A stretch of 64,000 nucleotides of DNA, taken from an uncultured Spirochaetales bacterium. GTDB taxonomy: Bacteria > Spirochaetota > Spirochaetia > Treponematales > JBGSOB01. The stretch spans positions 62-64,061 of the forward strand of contig CAZIEI010000003.1 of NCBI GenBank assembly GCA_964538705.1, written 5' to 3'. A program made the position numbers and the translations under genes. Every line of letters starts with the position of its first letter. The stretch's first letter is position 1. Below are positions 26,784 to 36,900 of the stretch, piece after piece. The notes beneath the pieces are model-generated. The model did no database searches and was not told where the DNA came from. It worked only from the letters and a program-made list of their open reading frames with translations.

Positions 26784-27281
26784 ATGAACGAAACCGCCCT
26801 GACCGTTCTCACCGAGACGATGCGTCGGCAGACCGCCCTCTTCGAGATCGTGCTCGCGGAAGAGGGTTCCATGCGCGATTCTATCCGGTCGCGCGACTGG
26901 GAGGCGCTTTCCCGGAGCCTCAAGGCCGTGGAAGCCCTCGAGACCGAGATCCAGGCCCTGGAGGAACGCCGCATGGAGGTCTTCCACAGCCTCCTCGCTG
27001 ACGAGGGGCTCGCCCCGGACTCGAGCTTCTATGTCTGGGCCGTCACCCTCCCGCCCGCCGAGCGCGACGCCATCACGGAAGCATACCGCGTCCTCAAGTA
27101 CCGCGCCCTCGCCGCGAGGGTCTCGGGCACGGGGATCGCGCGTTACCTCACGGAAACGAGGCGCCTCCTCGGTTCGATCATGGAGGAGCTGTTCCCCCAG
27201 AAGCGCGCGCGCATCTACGACCGCCGGGGGGAGCGCAGGGAACCGGAGATGCGATCGGTCGTCCTCGACCGCTCGCTGTAA
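26784..27281 (+). CDS. flgN: FlgN-like flagellar export chaperone
   Basis: 165-aa helical protein immediately upstream of flgK, which is the conserved position. GGAGGA lies 9 nt upstream of the ATG at 26784. The sequence-level match to FlgN is weak, so the call rests mainly on context. Confidence 0.6.
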   Translation: MNETALTVLTETMRRQTALFEIVLAEEGSMRDSIRSRDWEALSRSLKAVEALETEIQALEERRMEVFHSLLADEGLAPDSSFYVWAVTLPPAERDAITEAYRVLKYRALAARVSGTGIARYLTETRRLLGSIMEELFPQKRARIYDRRGERREPEMRSVVLDRSL

Positions 27282-27291
27282 GGGGTAAGGG

Positions 27292-29169
27292 ATGATATCG
27301 ACCTTCGCGGGGATAGAGATCGGGAAGCGCGGGATGGTGGCCCACAACCAGGGCCTCAACACCGTCGGCCACAACCTCACCAATGCTTCCAGGGAGGGGT
27401 ACTCGCGCCAGCGCGTGGAGATGCAGGCCTTCGAGCCCCTCTACCTGCCGCAGCTCAACCGCGAGGAGACCCCGGGCCAGATCGGCCAGGGCATCGTGGT
27501 GGAGCGCGTGGAGCGGATCAAGGACATGCTCCTCGAGGGCAGGATCGTGGACCAGGCGAGCGAAGAAGGCTACTGGGACAACCGCGATGGCTACGCGCTC
27601 CAGCTGGAGCAGATCTATAACGAACCCACGGATTCCTCCACCCGCGCGCACCTGGACCGGTTCTGGGACGCCTGGCAGGAGCTCTCCATGCATCCCGAGG
27701 AAATGGCCGCGCGCCAGGCAGTCCTCACGCGCGGGCAGAGCCTCATGGACGCCGTCCACGACCGCTTCAAGCGCCTCTCGGCCCTGCGCGAGCAGGTGGA
27801 CCTGGACATACGCGCGCGCGTGGCGCAGGTCAACGACCTCACCGCGGGCATCGCCGCGCTTAATGTAGAGATAACGAAAGCGAAGGCCGTGGGCGACAAC
27901 CCCAACGACCTCATGGACCGGCGGGACCAGCTCATCGAGAAGCTCGCGGGCTACATGGACGTCACCGTGGACGGCCGCGACCCCGACGAGTACATGGTCC
28001 ACGCGGGCGGGCAGATCCTCGTGCAGGGATCGCTCCGCAACCGCTACGAGCTTTCCACGGATACGGAGAACGACGGCCTCACCGCGGTGACCTGGGAGTG
28101 GTCCGGCGAGCGCGCCTACTTCGAGTCGGGATCGCTCGGTTCGCTCTTCGACCTCCGCGACGGCGACATCAAGGCCGAGATCCAGGGCCTGGACGTCATG
28201 GCCCTGAGCTTCGCCGACCTCGTGAACGAGATACACCGCGCGGGCTACGGCCTCAACGGCAGGACCGGCGTCGACTTCTTCGTCGAGCGCCCGTACGTCA
28301 ACAACCTCGCGGGCAACTACGACAGGAACGGCGACGGGACCTACGACTCGAGCTGGATCTACCGCATGACGGGCTCCAATCCGCTCGACGCCCGCGAGCA
28401 ACCCGGCCTCGAGGGCGAGATCGTCCTCCCCGGCGTCGATGGCGACGTGACCATCCCCTACCGCGCGGCGGACACGGTCCAGGACATCGTGGACCGCGTC
28501 AACCGCTCGGGCGCGGAGGTGACCGCCCGACTCGACCGCTCGGGCAGGCTCGAGCTCAAGGCCACGCCCGCCGCGGCTCTGCAGGACCCCGACTTCGTGA
28601 TCCGCTCCCTCGAGGACTCGGGAGAATTCCTCGCCGGCTACGCGGGCATCCTCTCCGCCCCCGGCGCCGCCGGAGCCTACTCCTGGGACAGGGCGGACGC
28701 CGCCCTCGGCCTCCGCGTGGGGGGCGTGGACTTCGCCGTGGCTCCCCAGACCCATCCCTCCGGCTGGCTCGAGATCAATCCCGCGCTCAAGAGCGACCTT
28801 TCCACCCTCGCCGCCGGCCTCGGCCGCGGGGGGAAGCCGGCGGAAACCGGCGACGGGAGCGGCGCCCTCGCCATAGCCGCCCTACGCAACACCGCGGTCA
28901 TGGTGGGCGGCGCCGTCACCTTCGACGCCTACTTCCAGGACGCGGTCGCGCGCGCCGGCCTCCGCGGCGAGCAGGCCGCGCGGGCCAACGAGGACCAGTC
29001 CCTCATCATGAAGGACCTCCGCGACCTCAGGGAATCCATCTCCGGAGTCAATATCGACGAGGAGCTCTCGCAGATGATCAAGTTCCAGCACGGCTACGCC
29101 GCCGCGGCCCGCTTCGTGGCCAACGTGAACGAGATGCTGGACACCATAATCAACAGGCTGGGGGTGTAA
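27292..29169 (+). CDS. flgK: Flagellar hook-associated protein 1 FlgK
   Basis: MISTFAGIEIGKRGMVAHNQGLNTVGHNLTNASREGYSRQ at the N-terminus and DEELSQMIKFQHGYAAAARF at the C-terminus. Confidence 0.9.
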   Translation: MISTFAGIEIGKRGMVAHNQGLNTVGHNLTNASREGYSRQRVEMQAFEPLYLPQLNREETPGQIGQGIVVERVERIKDMLLEGRIVDQASEEGYWDNRDGYALQLEQIYNEPTDSSTRAHLDRFWDAWQELSMHPEEMAARQAVLTRGQSLMDAVHDRFKRLSALREQVDLDIRARVAQVNDLTAGIAALNVEITKAKAVGDNPNDLMDRRDQLIEKLAGYMDVTVDGRDPDEYMVHAGGQILVQGSLRNRYELSTDTENDGLTAVTWEWSGERAYFESGSLGSLFDLRDGDIKAEIQGLDVMALSFADLVNEIHRAGYGLNGRTGVDFFVERPYVNNLAGNYDRNGDGTYDSSWIYRMTGSNPLDAREQPGLEGEIVLPGVDGDVTIPYRAADTVQDIVDRVNRSGAEVTARLDRSGRLELKATPAAALQDPDFVIRSLEDSGEFLAGYAGILSAPGAAGAYSWDRADAALGLRVGGVDFAVAPQTHPSGWLEINPALKSDLSTLAAGLGRGGKPAETGDGSGALAIAALRNTAVMVGGAVTFDAYFQDAVARAGLRGEQAARANEDQSLIMKDLRDLRESISGVNIDEELSQMIKFQHGYAAAARFVANVNEMLDTIINRLGV

Positions 29170-29172
29170 ACC

Positions 29173-30420
29173 ATGAGGCGCGTATCCACGGACATGGCCA
29201 ACAACGACGCGCAGTACTGGCTCAGGAGGACGGAGTCGCGCATGCAGGCCTCCGAGAAGTCCATCGCGAGCGAGTCGCGCATCGGCGACCTCAGGGACGA
29301 TCCGGTGGCGGCCGCGCACGCGGTCCGCTATGCGTCCTTCGTCGGCCGCCTCGAGCGCTTCGAGGCCAACACTCTGAAGCTCAACGACGCCATCAGGTCC
29401 GGCGAGGGCTACGTCCGCCAGGCCATCGACGTCATGCAGCGCGTGCGGGAGCTCGCGGTCCAGGGGGCGCAGAACACCCTCTCCAAGGAGGACATGGGAT
29501 ACATGGCCACCGAGGTGGACGAGCTCCTCAAGGAACTCGTGATGTCCGCGAACGCGAAGGACGCGGACGGCACCGCCCTCTTCGCCGGCACCCGCTCGCT
29601 CGCCGAGCCCTTCCGCGTCGTGATGGGCCGCGCTCCCGGCTCCGCGGCCGAGACCATCGTGGGCGTCCAGTATACCGGTTCGATCGACTCCAACAAGGTG
29701 GAGATCGGAGAGGGCGAGTTCATCGAGCAGGACATGGCGGGGAACGCCGTCTTCTGGGCCGACCGCCAGCTCGTCGTCTCATCGCGCGACGCACGGGGAT
29801 TCCTCCTCCTCGCGGACGAGGCCATCAGGGTGGACGGGAAGGAAGTCCTCCTCAAGGCCGGCGACGACGTCACCGCCGTGGCGGCCAAGATCAACGACTC
29901 GGGCGCGGCCGTGAAGGCCTACCTGGATCCCGAGTCCGGAGGACTCGCCATCGAGACCACGGACGCGCACCAGCTCTGGCTCGAGGACGGGCCCGGCGGC
30001 GACGCACTGGTCCGCCTCGGCGTCCTCAAGGGATCGGGATCGCCCCCGCCCTACGACTACGCCGAGAGCGCCCGCGTCTCCGGCGGCAGCCTCTTCGACT
30101 CCGTGATGGCGCTCCGCGACGCGCTCAACAAGGGCGACGTCTTCGAGATCGGCGGGCGCGGGATCGCCGGCGTGGACGCGGCCCTCCACAGCCTCGAGCG
30201 GCGCGTCGCCGAGATCGGCTCCCGCTCGGAGCGCCTCGAGTTCGCGGCGGGCCGCCTGAACCGCGAGGTTCCGGACGTCACCGCCCAGCTCTCGCGCGAG
30301 CAGGACGTGGACCTGGCCGAGGCGATCACGGATCTCCGGAGCCTCGAGAACACGCATAAGGCCTCCCTGCAGGTGTCGGGGCGGCTCTTCCCCCAGACCC
30401 TCCTCGATTTCCTGAGATGA
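29173..30420 (+). CDS. flgL: Flagellar hook-associated protein 3 FlgL
   Basis: Flagellin-like N- and C-terminal helices (RVRELAVQGAQNT...; ...DLRSLENTHKASLQVSGRL). The position directly after flgK supports the call. Confidence 0.85.
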   Translation: MRRVSTDMANNDAQYWLRRTESRMQASEKSIASESRIGDLRDDPVAAAHAVRYASFVGRLERFEANTLKLNDAIRSGEGYVRQAIDVMQRVRELAVQGAQNTLSKEDMGYMATEVDELLKELVMSANAKDADGTALFAGTRSLAEPFRVVMGRAPGSAAETIVGVQYTGSIDSNKVEIGEGEFIEQDMAGNAVFWADRQLVVSSRDARGFLLLADEAIRVDGKEVLLKAGDDVTAVAAKINDSGAAVKAYLDPESGGLAIETTDAHQLWLEDGPGGDALVRLGVLKGSGSPPPYDYAESARVSGGSLFDSVMALRDALNKGDVFEIGGRGIAGVDAALHSLERRVAEIGSRSERLEFAAGRLNREVPDVTAQLSREQDVDLAEAITDLRSLENTHKASLQVSGRLFPQTLLDFLR

Positions 30421-30448
30421 GCGGCGGGGGACAGGCAAGGATGACCGC

Positions 30449-30898
30449 ATGATAGTCCAGACGAAGGCCTACGGGCCCGTGGAGGCGGACGACCGCCAGA
30501 GGATCAGCTTCCCCAAGGGCCTCCTCGGCTTCGATTCGCTCAGGGAATTCGCGCTCCTCAACGCCAAGCAGGAGCCCTTCTTCTACCTGCAGTCGCTCGA
30601 GGATCCGAACATCGCCTTCATCCTCATCGACCCCTTCCTCTTCAGGCCGGACTTCGAGATGGACGTCTCGGACGCGGAGCTCGGTGCCATCGGGATCGAG
30701 TCGCCGGACGACGGCCTCGTGTTCGCCATCGTCACCGTGCCCGCCGAGGGCGGTCCCGTCACCGCCAACCTCATGGGGCCGGTGATCATCGGCAGGAAGA
30801 GCCGCAAGGGTTTCCAGGCCATCCTCGGGGACCCGCGCTGGCGCACCAAGCACGACATCATGGCCGAGATGGCCGCCGCGGGAAAAAGCGCATGCTGA
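30449..30898 (+). CDS. fliW: Flagellar assembly factor FliW
   Basis: [19 protein letters not shown]...[21 protein letters not shown]...[10 protein letters not shown]. Confidence 0.9.
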   Translation: MIVQTKAYGPVEADDRQRISFPKGLLGFDSLREFALLNAKQEPFFYLQSLEDPNIAFILIDPFLFRPDFEMDVSDAELGAIGIESPDDGLVFAIVTVPAEGGPVTANLMGPVIIGRKSRKGFQAILGDPRWRTKHDIMAEMAAAGKSAC

Positions 30899-31128
30899 TC
30901 CTCACGCGCAAGTCCGACGAGAGCATCGTCATCGGGGACAGCATCGAGATATCCGTCCTGGAGATCCGCGGGGACCAGGTGAAGCTCGGCGTGAACGCCC
31001 CTCGCGACGTCAAGGTCTTCCGCCGCGAGGTCTTCGACGCGATCCGCGCCGAGAACCGCGCGGCGGCCTCTTCCGCGGCGGAGCTCCCGCCCATGGGGCT
31101 GGCTCCGGGCAAGACCGAGGCTCCCTGA
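30892..31128 (+). CDS. csrA: Carbon storage regulator CsrA (FliW-partnered type with C-terminal extension)
   Basis: [47 protein letters not shown]. The start overlaps the fliW stop by 7 nt (ATGCTGA). Confidence 0.95.
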   Translation: MLILTRKSDESIVIGDSIEISVLEIRGDQVKLGVNAPRDVKVFRREVFDAIRAENRAAASSAAELPPMGLAPGKTEAP

Positions 31129-31269
31129 GGCGGGACCCCGGCCCGTCCTCCCTCGGCCCGCGACCGAACGAAACGCCGCCCGGCATCCCCTTCGGGCGTA
31201 ACCTCGGCATTCCCTCCGACCTTCCCTCTCGGCCCCGAATCTAGTAGAGTTGCGAGGAAAAGGGACGCA

Positions 31270-32001
31270 ATGGAACCTCTCGCGCGGAAACTCATCCTCC
31301 TCGTCCCGGCGATCCGCCGCGCTCGCGGTTTCAGGCTTTACGCCCGAGACGGAAGTCGCATCCTCGACCTCTGGCAGGACGGGGGAGCGGGCATACTGGG
31401 CGCTCGGCCGTCCGGCGTGATCAACGCCCTCAAATCCTCGCTGGAAGCCGGTCGCCACCTTCCCCTCCCCTCAGACGAGCTCTCCCGCGCGCGCAAAACC
31501 CTTCTCTCGCTCTTCCCCGGGTACCGTTCCGCGTTCGCCTTCGCGTCCGCCGCGGAGGCCCGCGCCGCGCGGGCGGACGCCGTCGAGTGGCGGGCATTCC
31601 TCCCCGTCCCGGCCGCGGACGCCCTCCTCGTCCTCCCGCCCCTGCCCTCGTCCATGCGCCCGGCCTTCGTCCTCCAGAAAAGCGGCGGCGGCGAAGGGGG
31701 ATTCCCGCTCCCCTCGTCGGCGATGCTCTCGGCTTCGCTCAAAGCCCTCGCGCTCCTCAGGAAAGAGGAAGCGTCCGGGACGCGCGCGGCGGGATGGGCC
31801 GCCTTCGACGCGGCGGCGCGCGGCGCTTTCATCCGCGAGGGCCCGTACGTCCGTCCCGTTCGGAACGACGACTACGAATCGATCTTCCGCGCCGCGCTCG
31901 CCCGCGGCGCCCTCCTCTCGCCCGATCCCGCATCCCCCTCGATCGTCCCGGGGGAATTCGACGCGGGCGAACTATCCTTCCTCAGGGAGGAAGCACCATG
32001 A
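31270..32001 (+). CDS. Hypothetical protein (243 aa)
   Basis: Native codon bias. The stop overlaps the start of the downstream phosphohexomutase (ATGA). No family was recognised. The N-terminus (GFRLYARDGSRILDLWQDGGAGILG) faintly resembles the class-III aminotransferase N-terminal pattern. Confidence 0.5.
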   Translation: MEPLARKLILLVPAIRRARGFRLYARDGSRILDLWQDGGAGILGARPSGVINALKSSLEAGRHLPLPSDELSRARKTLLSLFPGYRSAFAFASAAEARAARADAVEWRAFLPVPAADALLVLPPLPSSMRPAFVLQKSGGGEGGFPLPSSAMLSASLKALALLRKEEASGTRAAGWAAFDAAARGAFIREGPYVRPVRNDDYESIFRAALARGALLSPDPASPSIVPGEFDAGELSFLREEAP

Positions 32002-33938
32002 TCGTTCATCCCGCATCGGGCCTCCCGATGGGCGACCCTGAAACGGATCCCTTCGCCCCCGGCAAGCGCCCCTCGCCCCGCGCGGTGCGCGACGCAGCCT
32101 CCACCCTCATCCTCTCCGCGTCCGGCTGGCGGAAGGTCTTCGCCCCGGGCGGGGACGAGAATTCCTTGGAGGAACGGCCCGCCCCCGAGGACCTCGCCCT
32201 AGCGGCCCTCGCGGCGATGGCCTTCGGAGAATGGCGGATCGCCGCCCGCGGCGCGGCCGGCCCCGGACCGGTCATCGTCGGCGTCGACACGAGGCCCACC
32301 GGCCCCGCCCTCTCCGACGCCATGATCCGCGTCCTCATTTCCCTCGGCATCCCCGTGCGCCACCTCTTCATCGCTCCGGCGCCCGAGGTCATGGCCTACG
32401 CGCGGTCCTCGGCCGGAGACGCGGACGCCGCGAACCGCGCCGATTCCTTCTGCTACGTCTCCGCGAGCCACAACCCCCCGGGCCACAACGGCGTGAAGTT
32501 CGGTCTCGCGGACGGCGGGGTCCTCCCCCGCGAGGCCTCCGACGAGCTCGCGGCGGCGATGAAGCGCGCGCTCTCCGATGACGACGCGATCCGCCGCGCG
32601 ATGGACCTCGCTTCGGGAGCGCCGCACAAGGCGGTAGCGGACGCGTTCGCCGCCTCCCACCGCTGGAAGCGCCTCGCGCACTCGGCCTATCTCCTCTTCA
32701 CGCGCGAGGTCGTCACCGGGACGCCCCGCCTGGCCGCGCAGGAGGGCATTCTCGAGCGGCTCGGCCTCGCGCTCACCGCGCACCCCCTTGGCGTGCTCGC
32801 CGACATGAACGGCTCGGCCCGGACGGTATCGATCGACAGGGACTTCCTCTCCTCCGCGGGCATCGCGTTCCAGTCGGTCAACGACCGGCCGGGCGCTTTC
32901 GCCCACCGCATCGTCCCCGAGGGTGACGCCCTCGAGGCCTGCGCGGAGGCACTCGCCAAAGCGCGCGCGCGCGATCCCGCCTTCCGACTGGCCTACGTGC
33001 CTGACTGCGACGGAGATCGCGGCAACCTCGCGTACTGGGACGACAAGGACGGGAGGGCCGCTCCGGTCGAGGCCCAGGAAGTCTTCGCCCTCGCCCTCCT
33101 CTCCGAGCTCGCCTTCCTGGAATGGAAGGCGTTCTCCATCGGCGTCGAGGCGTCCGGCGCGGGCCCGCGGCGGATCTGCGTCGTGACCAATGACCCCACC
33201 TCCATGCGCATCGACGAGATCTCGCGCGCCTTCGGAGCCGAGACGCATCGCGCGGAAGTGGGCGAGGCCAACGTCGTCGGCCTCGCGCGGAGCCTGAGGG
33301 ACGCGGGAGCCGAGGTGCCCTTCCTCGGGGAGGGCTCGAACGGCGGCTCCATCGTCCATCCCTCCTCCGTGCGCGACCCCCTGGACACGGTGATGGCGGT
33401 CGCGAAGCTCCTTTCCATGCGCGACGAGGGATCGAGGCCTGGGCTCTTCCACATCTGGCTCGAGAAGACGGGGCGCGGCTCCTCGTACCGCCCGGACTTT
33501 AGCCTGCGGGACGTCCTGGATTCCCTGCCCGCCTTCGCGACGACGAGCGTCTTCGAGCCGCGAGCCGCGCTCAAGGTCGCCGCGAGCGATTACGCGAGGC
33601 TCAAGGAGCGCTTCGAGGCCGTGTTCAAGCGGGACTTCGAGGCGCGGCGCGACGAGCTCGCTACGCGCTACGGGATCGCCTCGTGGAAGGCGGCGTCGTA
33701 CCGCGGACGGGAGGAGCGGATCGGAATCGAGCGATTCTCCGATTCCGGAACCGGCGGCCTTAAAATCCTCTTCTCGGACGAGTCGGGGAAGCCTACCGCC
33801 TTCATCTGGATGCGCGGCTCGGGAACCGAGCCCGTCCTCAGGATCCTCGCCGACGTGAAGGACGGCCTTCCCGAGGATGAAGAGTACTTCCTCTCCTGGC
33901 TCTCCGCGATGGTGCGGGAGGCGGATTCCCGGGCATGA
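31998..33938 (+). CDS. Alpha-D-phosphohexomutase superfamily enzyme (phosphoglucomutase/phosphomannomutase-like, 646 aa)
   Basis: All four family motifs are present. Catalytic Ser loop: SASHNPPGHNGVKF. Metal loop: PDCDGDRG. Sugar loop: GEGSNGG. Phosphate loop: RGSGTEPVLRI. The start was trimmed to the ATG at 31998. Confidence 0.85.
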   Translation: MIVHPASGLPMGDPETDPFAPGKRPSPRAVRDAASTLILSASGWRKVFAPGGDENSLEERPAPEDLALAALAAMAFGEWRIAARGAAGPGPVIVGVDTRPTGPALSDAMIRVLISLGIPVRHLFIAPAPEVMAYARSSAGDADAANRADSFCYVSASHNPPGHNGVKFGLADGGVLPREASDELAAAMKRALSDDDAIRRAMDLASGAPHKAVADAFAASHRWKRLAHSAYLLFTREVVTGTPRLAAQEGILERLGLALTAHPLGVLADMNGSARTVSIDRDFLSSAGIAFQSVNDRPGAFAHRIVPEGDALEACAEALAKARARDPAFRLAYVPDCDGDRGNLAYWDDKDGRAAPVEAQEVFALALLSELAFLEWKAFSIGVEASGAGPRRICVVTNDPTSMRIDEISRAFGAETHRAEVGEANVVGLARSLRDAGAEVPFLGEGSNGGSIVHPSSVRDPLDTVMAVAKLLSMRDEGSRPGLFHIWLEKTGRGSSYRPDFSLRDVLDSLPAFATTSVFEPRAALKVAASDYARLKERFEAVFKRDFEARRDELATRYGIASWKAASYRGREERIGIERFSDSGTGGLKILFSDESGKPTAFIWMRGSGTEPVLRILADVKDGLPEDEEYFLSWLSAMVREADSRA

Positions 33939-36900
33939 CGGCGTCGCGCCGCTTCCTCGCCTCGCTCGCGGCCTTCTCGCTCGCCGCGGCGGCGCGCCTC
34001 GGCGCGCAGGCCCCTTCGCCGCCCGCTCCGTCCCCAGCGCCCTCATCCGCTCCTCCTCCATCACTGGCAGCGCCTTCTCCATCTCCATCCCCCGCGGCGG
34101 CGGAAGACCTCGTCGCCTCGACCATGGCCCTAGACATCGCGACCGCGGGCATCTACGAGCTCGACGCCTGGTGCGAATCCCTGGGACTCCCGCGCACGGG
34201 CACGGTCGACGAGCTCAGGACGCGTCTCTACGGTCACTACGGCGCCAAGCCCCCCTCGTCCGCGGCGGGCAAGGGACGGACCATCACCGTCAAGAACGCG
34301 GGCAAGGCCGAGTCCTTCCTCATGGAGGGTATCGACGAGCGCTACGTAAGGTTCTCGGGCGGCGTCGTCCTCGTCCTCGTCGAACCTGAGAAGAATTGGA
34401 CCCACGAGATCCATGCGCGGGAGATCCTCGTGAACCAGACGGCCTCGCTCCTCTCCGCGCGCGGCGACGTCACCTACACGCTCAAGAAGCCGGGCTCGGA
34501 GGAGCGCTTCTCCGGCGAATGGCTGGACGTCGACCTGGACACCTGGACCGGGCACTTCCTGGACGGAAGGATCGTGAGGACGGGCGGAGCGGAGGACCTC
34601 CAGACGAAATTCGTGTTCGCCGCGGACGTCGTGAGGACGGGCGACGCGGAGCGCGCGGTCTTCGACAACGCGGTGATCTCCTCCGCAGAAACGGGCATGC
34701 CCTACTACTCCATCAGGGCCACGCGCGTGTGGCTCCTCGGGCCCGGCGAATGGGCAATGTCGAACGCCGTCCTCTCCGTCGGCGAGGTGCCGCTCCTCTA
34801 CCTGCCTTTCTTCTTCTACAACGGCGAGGAGCTCGTATTCCACCCGGTGGTGGGCGACCGCGACCGCGAAGGTCCCTTCTTCCAGACGACCTACTACTTC
34901 AAAGGCCAGAAGCCCGCGGGCAAGGAGAGTATCTCCCTCCTCCAGCTCCAGGCCTCCAAGGATTCGGGCCCCAGGAAAGTAAAGGGGCTCTACATCGTCC
35001 CCGCGAAAGAGGGCGACGAGGACGCCATCAAGAAGACCCAGGACGTCTTCAAGCTCATGCTGGACGGGTACTCCAACCTGGGGGCCTTCCTGGGAACCGA
35101 GCTGCGCTTGACGGAGAATCCCAAGGTCAAGGTGAACCTCTTCGCCGTCGCAGCCATCACGCGCAACGTGTACTCGAGCGTGACCTCGGGCGCGAGCATG
35201 GACTACACGCCCTACGTGGAGGCGCACGACTGGAAGAGCGTCTGGAACGCCTCGCGCTTCCTCGGGCTGAGGCTCCCCTTCAGGTACGGGGCCGACTTCT
35301 CCCTTACGCTCGCGCTTCCGCCATTGAGCGCGACCTTGGCCTTCCCCTTCTTCTCGGATCCCTACGTCGAGGGGGAATTCAAGAATCGGAAGGAGGACAT
35401 GGACTGGTTCGCCTTCCTCAAGGAATCGAAGACCGATACGGCCGCGACCGTAAAGCGGAGCAGCCTGGACATGCGCGCGGAGCTGTCGCTCGCGCCGTCG
35501 ACGGCGAAGCTGTCCCCCTACGTGACGACCGCGAGCCTGAGCTACCTCAGAACCAAGCTCTCGTGGCTCGCCAAGACCGCCTCGAACAACGGGCTCGAGC
35601 CCCCGGGGACGAACGAGGACGTGGATCCCACGCGAGAATTCTTCTACCCCGATCTCCTCACGATGGTCGACGCCTCCGCGAAAATAGCGGGGACGCTGGC
35701 ATCATGGCCGCCTAAGGCCTCGGCCGTGTCCGTCGCGACCGCACCCACTCCGCCGCCTGCCGCGGTGTCCCCTGACGGAGCGGCGATCCCGGCCGCCGCT
35801 CCACCGTTGGCGGAGGTCCCGCCCATCGAGGACCCCGACCCCCTCCCCGCGGACAAGGCCTACAAGCCCCCCGATCCCCTTCAGCCCTGGGAGGAGGCCC
35901 CTCCGGCGGAAACCGCCGAGAAGCCCGCCGATGAAAAGGATTATCCCCTCTCTGCTTTCCGCGTGGACGCGCTCAAGGCGCCGCAGGCGCCCCAGCTCCC
36001 CGCGCCGCAGGCGCCTTTCACTTTCACCCTCGGCTACGCGATGGATCCCTCAGCCACCCTCGAGCGGCGCTTCCTCGCGGAGTCCTGGCCCAATCCCGAA
36101 GACGTCGATTGGGCGGCGCTCCATGACAAGTCGCTCGTGAAATTCTCTGGCTCGCTGGACGCAGCAGCCGCCTTCCTTGGCGGCGCCGCCTCCGCCTCGC
36201 TGAAGCTGGGGGTGAAGAGCCAGGTCCAGGACCACTTCAACCTGACAGAAGACGAGACCTACTTGAACGACGACGCCCAGCTCGCGCTCGTGAAGACCGA
36301 CGCGCAGGCGAGGTCCGACAACCTCACGGGGACGGCCAGGCTCTCCGCCAAGCCCTTCACGGGCGACGCGTTCTGGGGCGAGAGCAGCCTAAGCTGGGAC
36401 CTGAGCGCCCTCCTCTACGACTACCGTTACGAAACGATGGACGGCGAGACGCCCGTATTCGCCACGAGGAGCCTGGAATGGAACACGGAATCCATCCCGA
36501 CCCACAGCCTCACCGCAACAGTCGTGGCCCTGCCCCTCGGATGGAGGCAGTCCCTCTCCTTGGTGGCGACGCTCCCTCCCAAGGACGAGTCTTACTCGGG
36601 CGCGCTGAGCTCCAGGATCGACGACATAACGTTGACCGCCTCATCGAAGATTTACCGTCCCGCAAACCAGTCCGACTGGAAGTACGATCCCCTCTCGCTC
36701 GGGGCACTGTACTCTCCCGGGGGCGGCTTCACGCTCTCCGACACCTTCGTGCAGAATCTCGAAGCCGCCAGGCCGGAATCGAACGCGACGACGGTCGGCT
36801 TCCGCGGGCTCAGCGCGACGTTCAACATGCGCCATTCCCCGGACTACTACTTCGACTCCGCCACCACTCCGATGCAGTGGAGGCAGACTCCGGGATCCGA

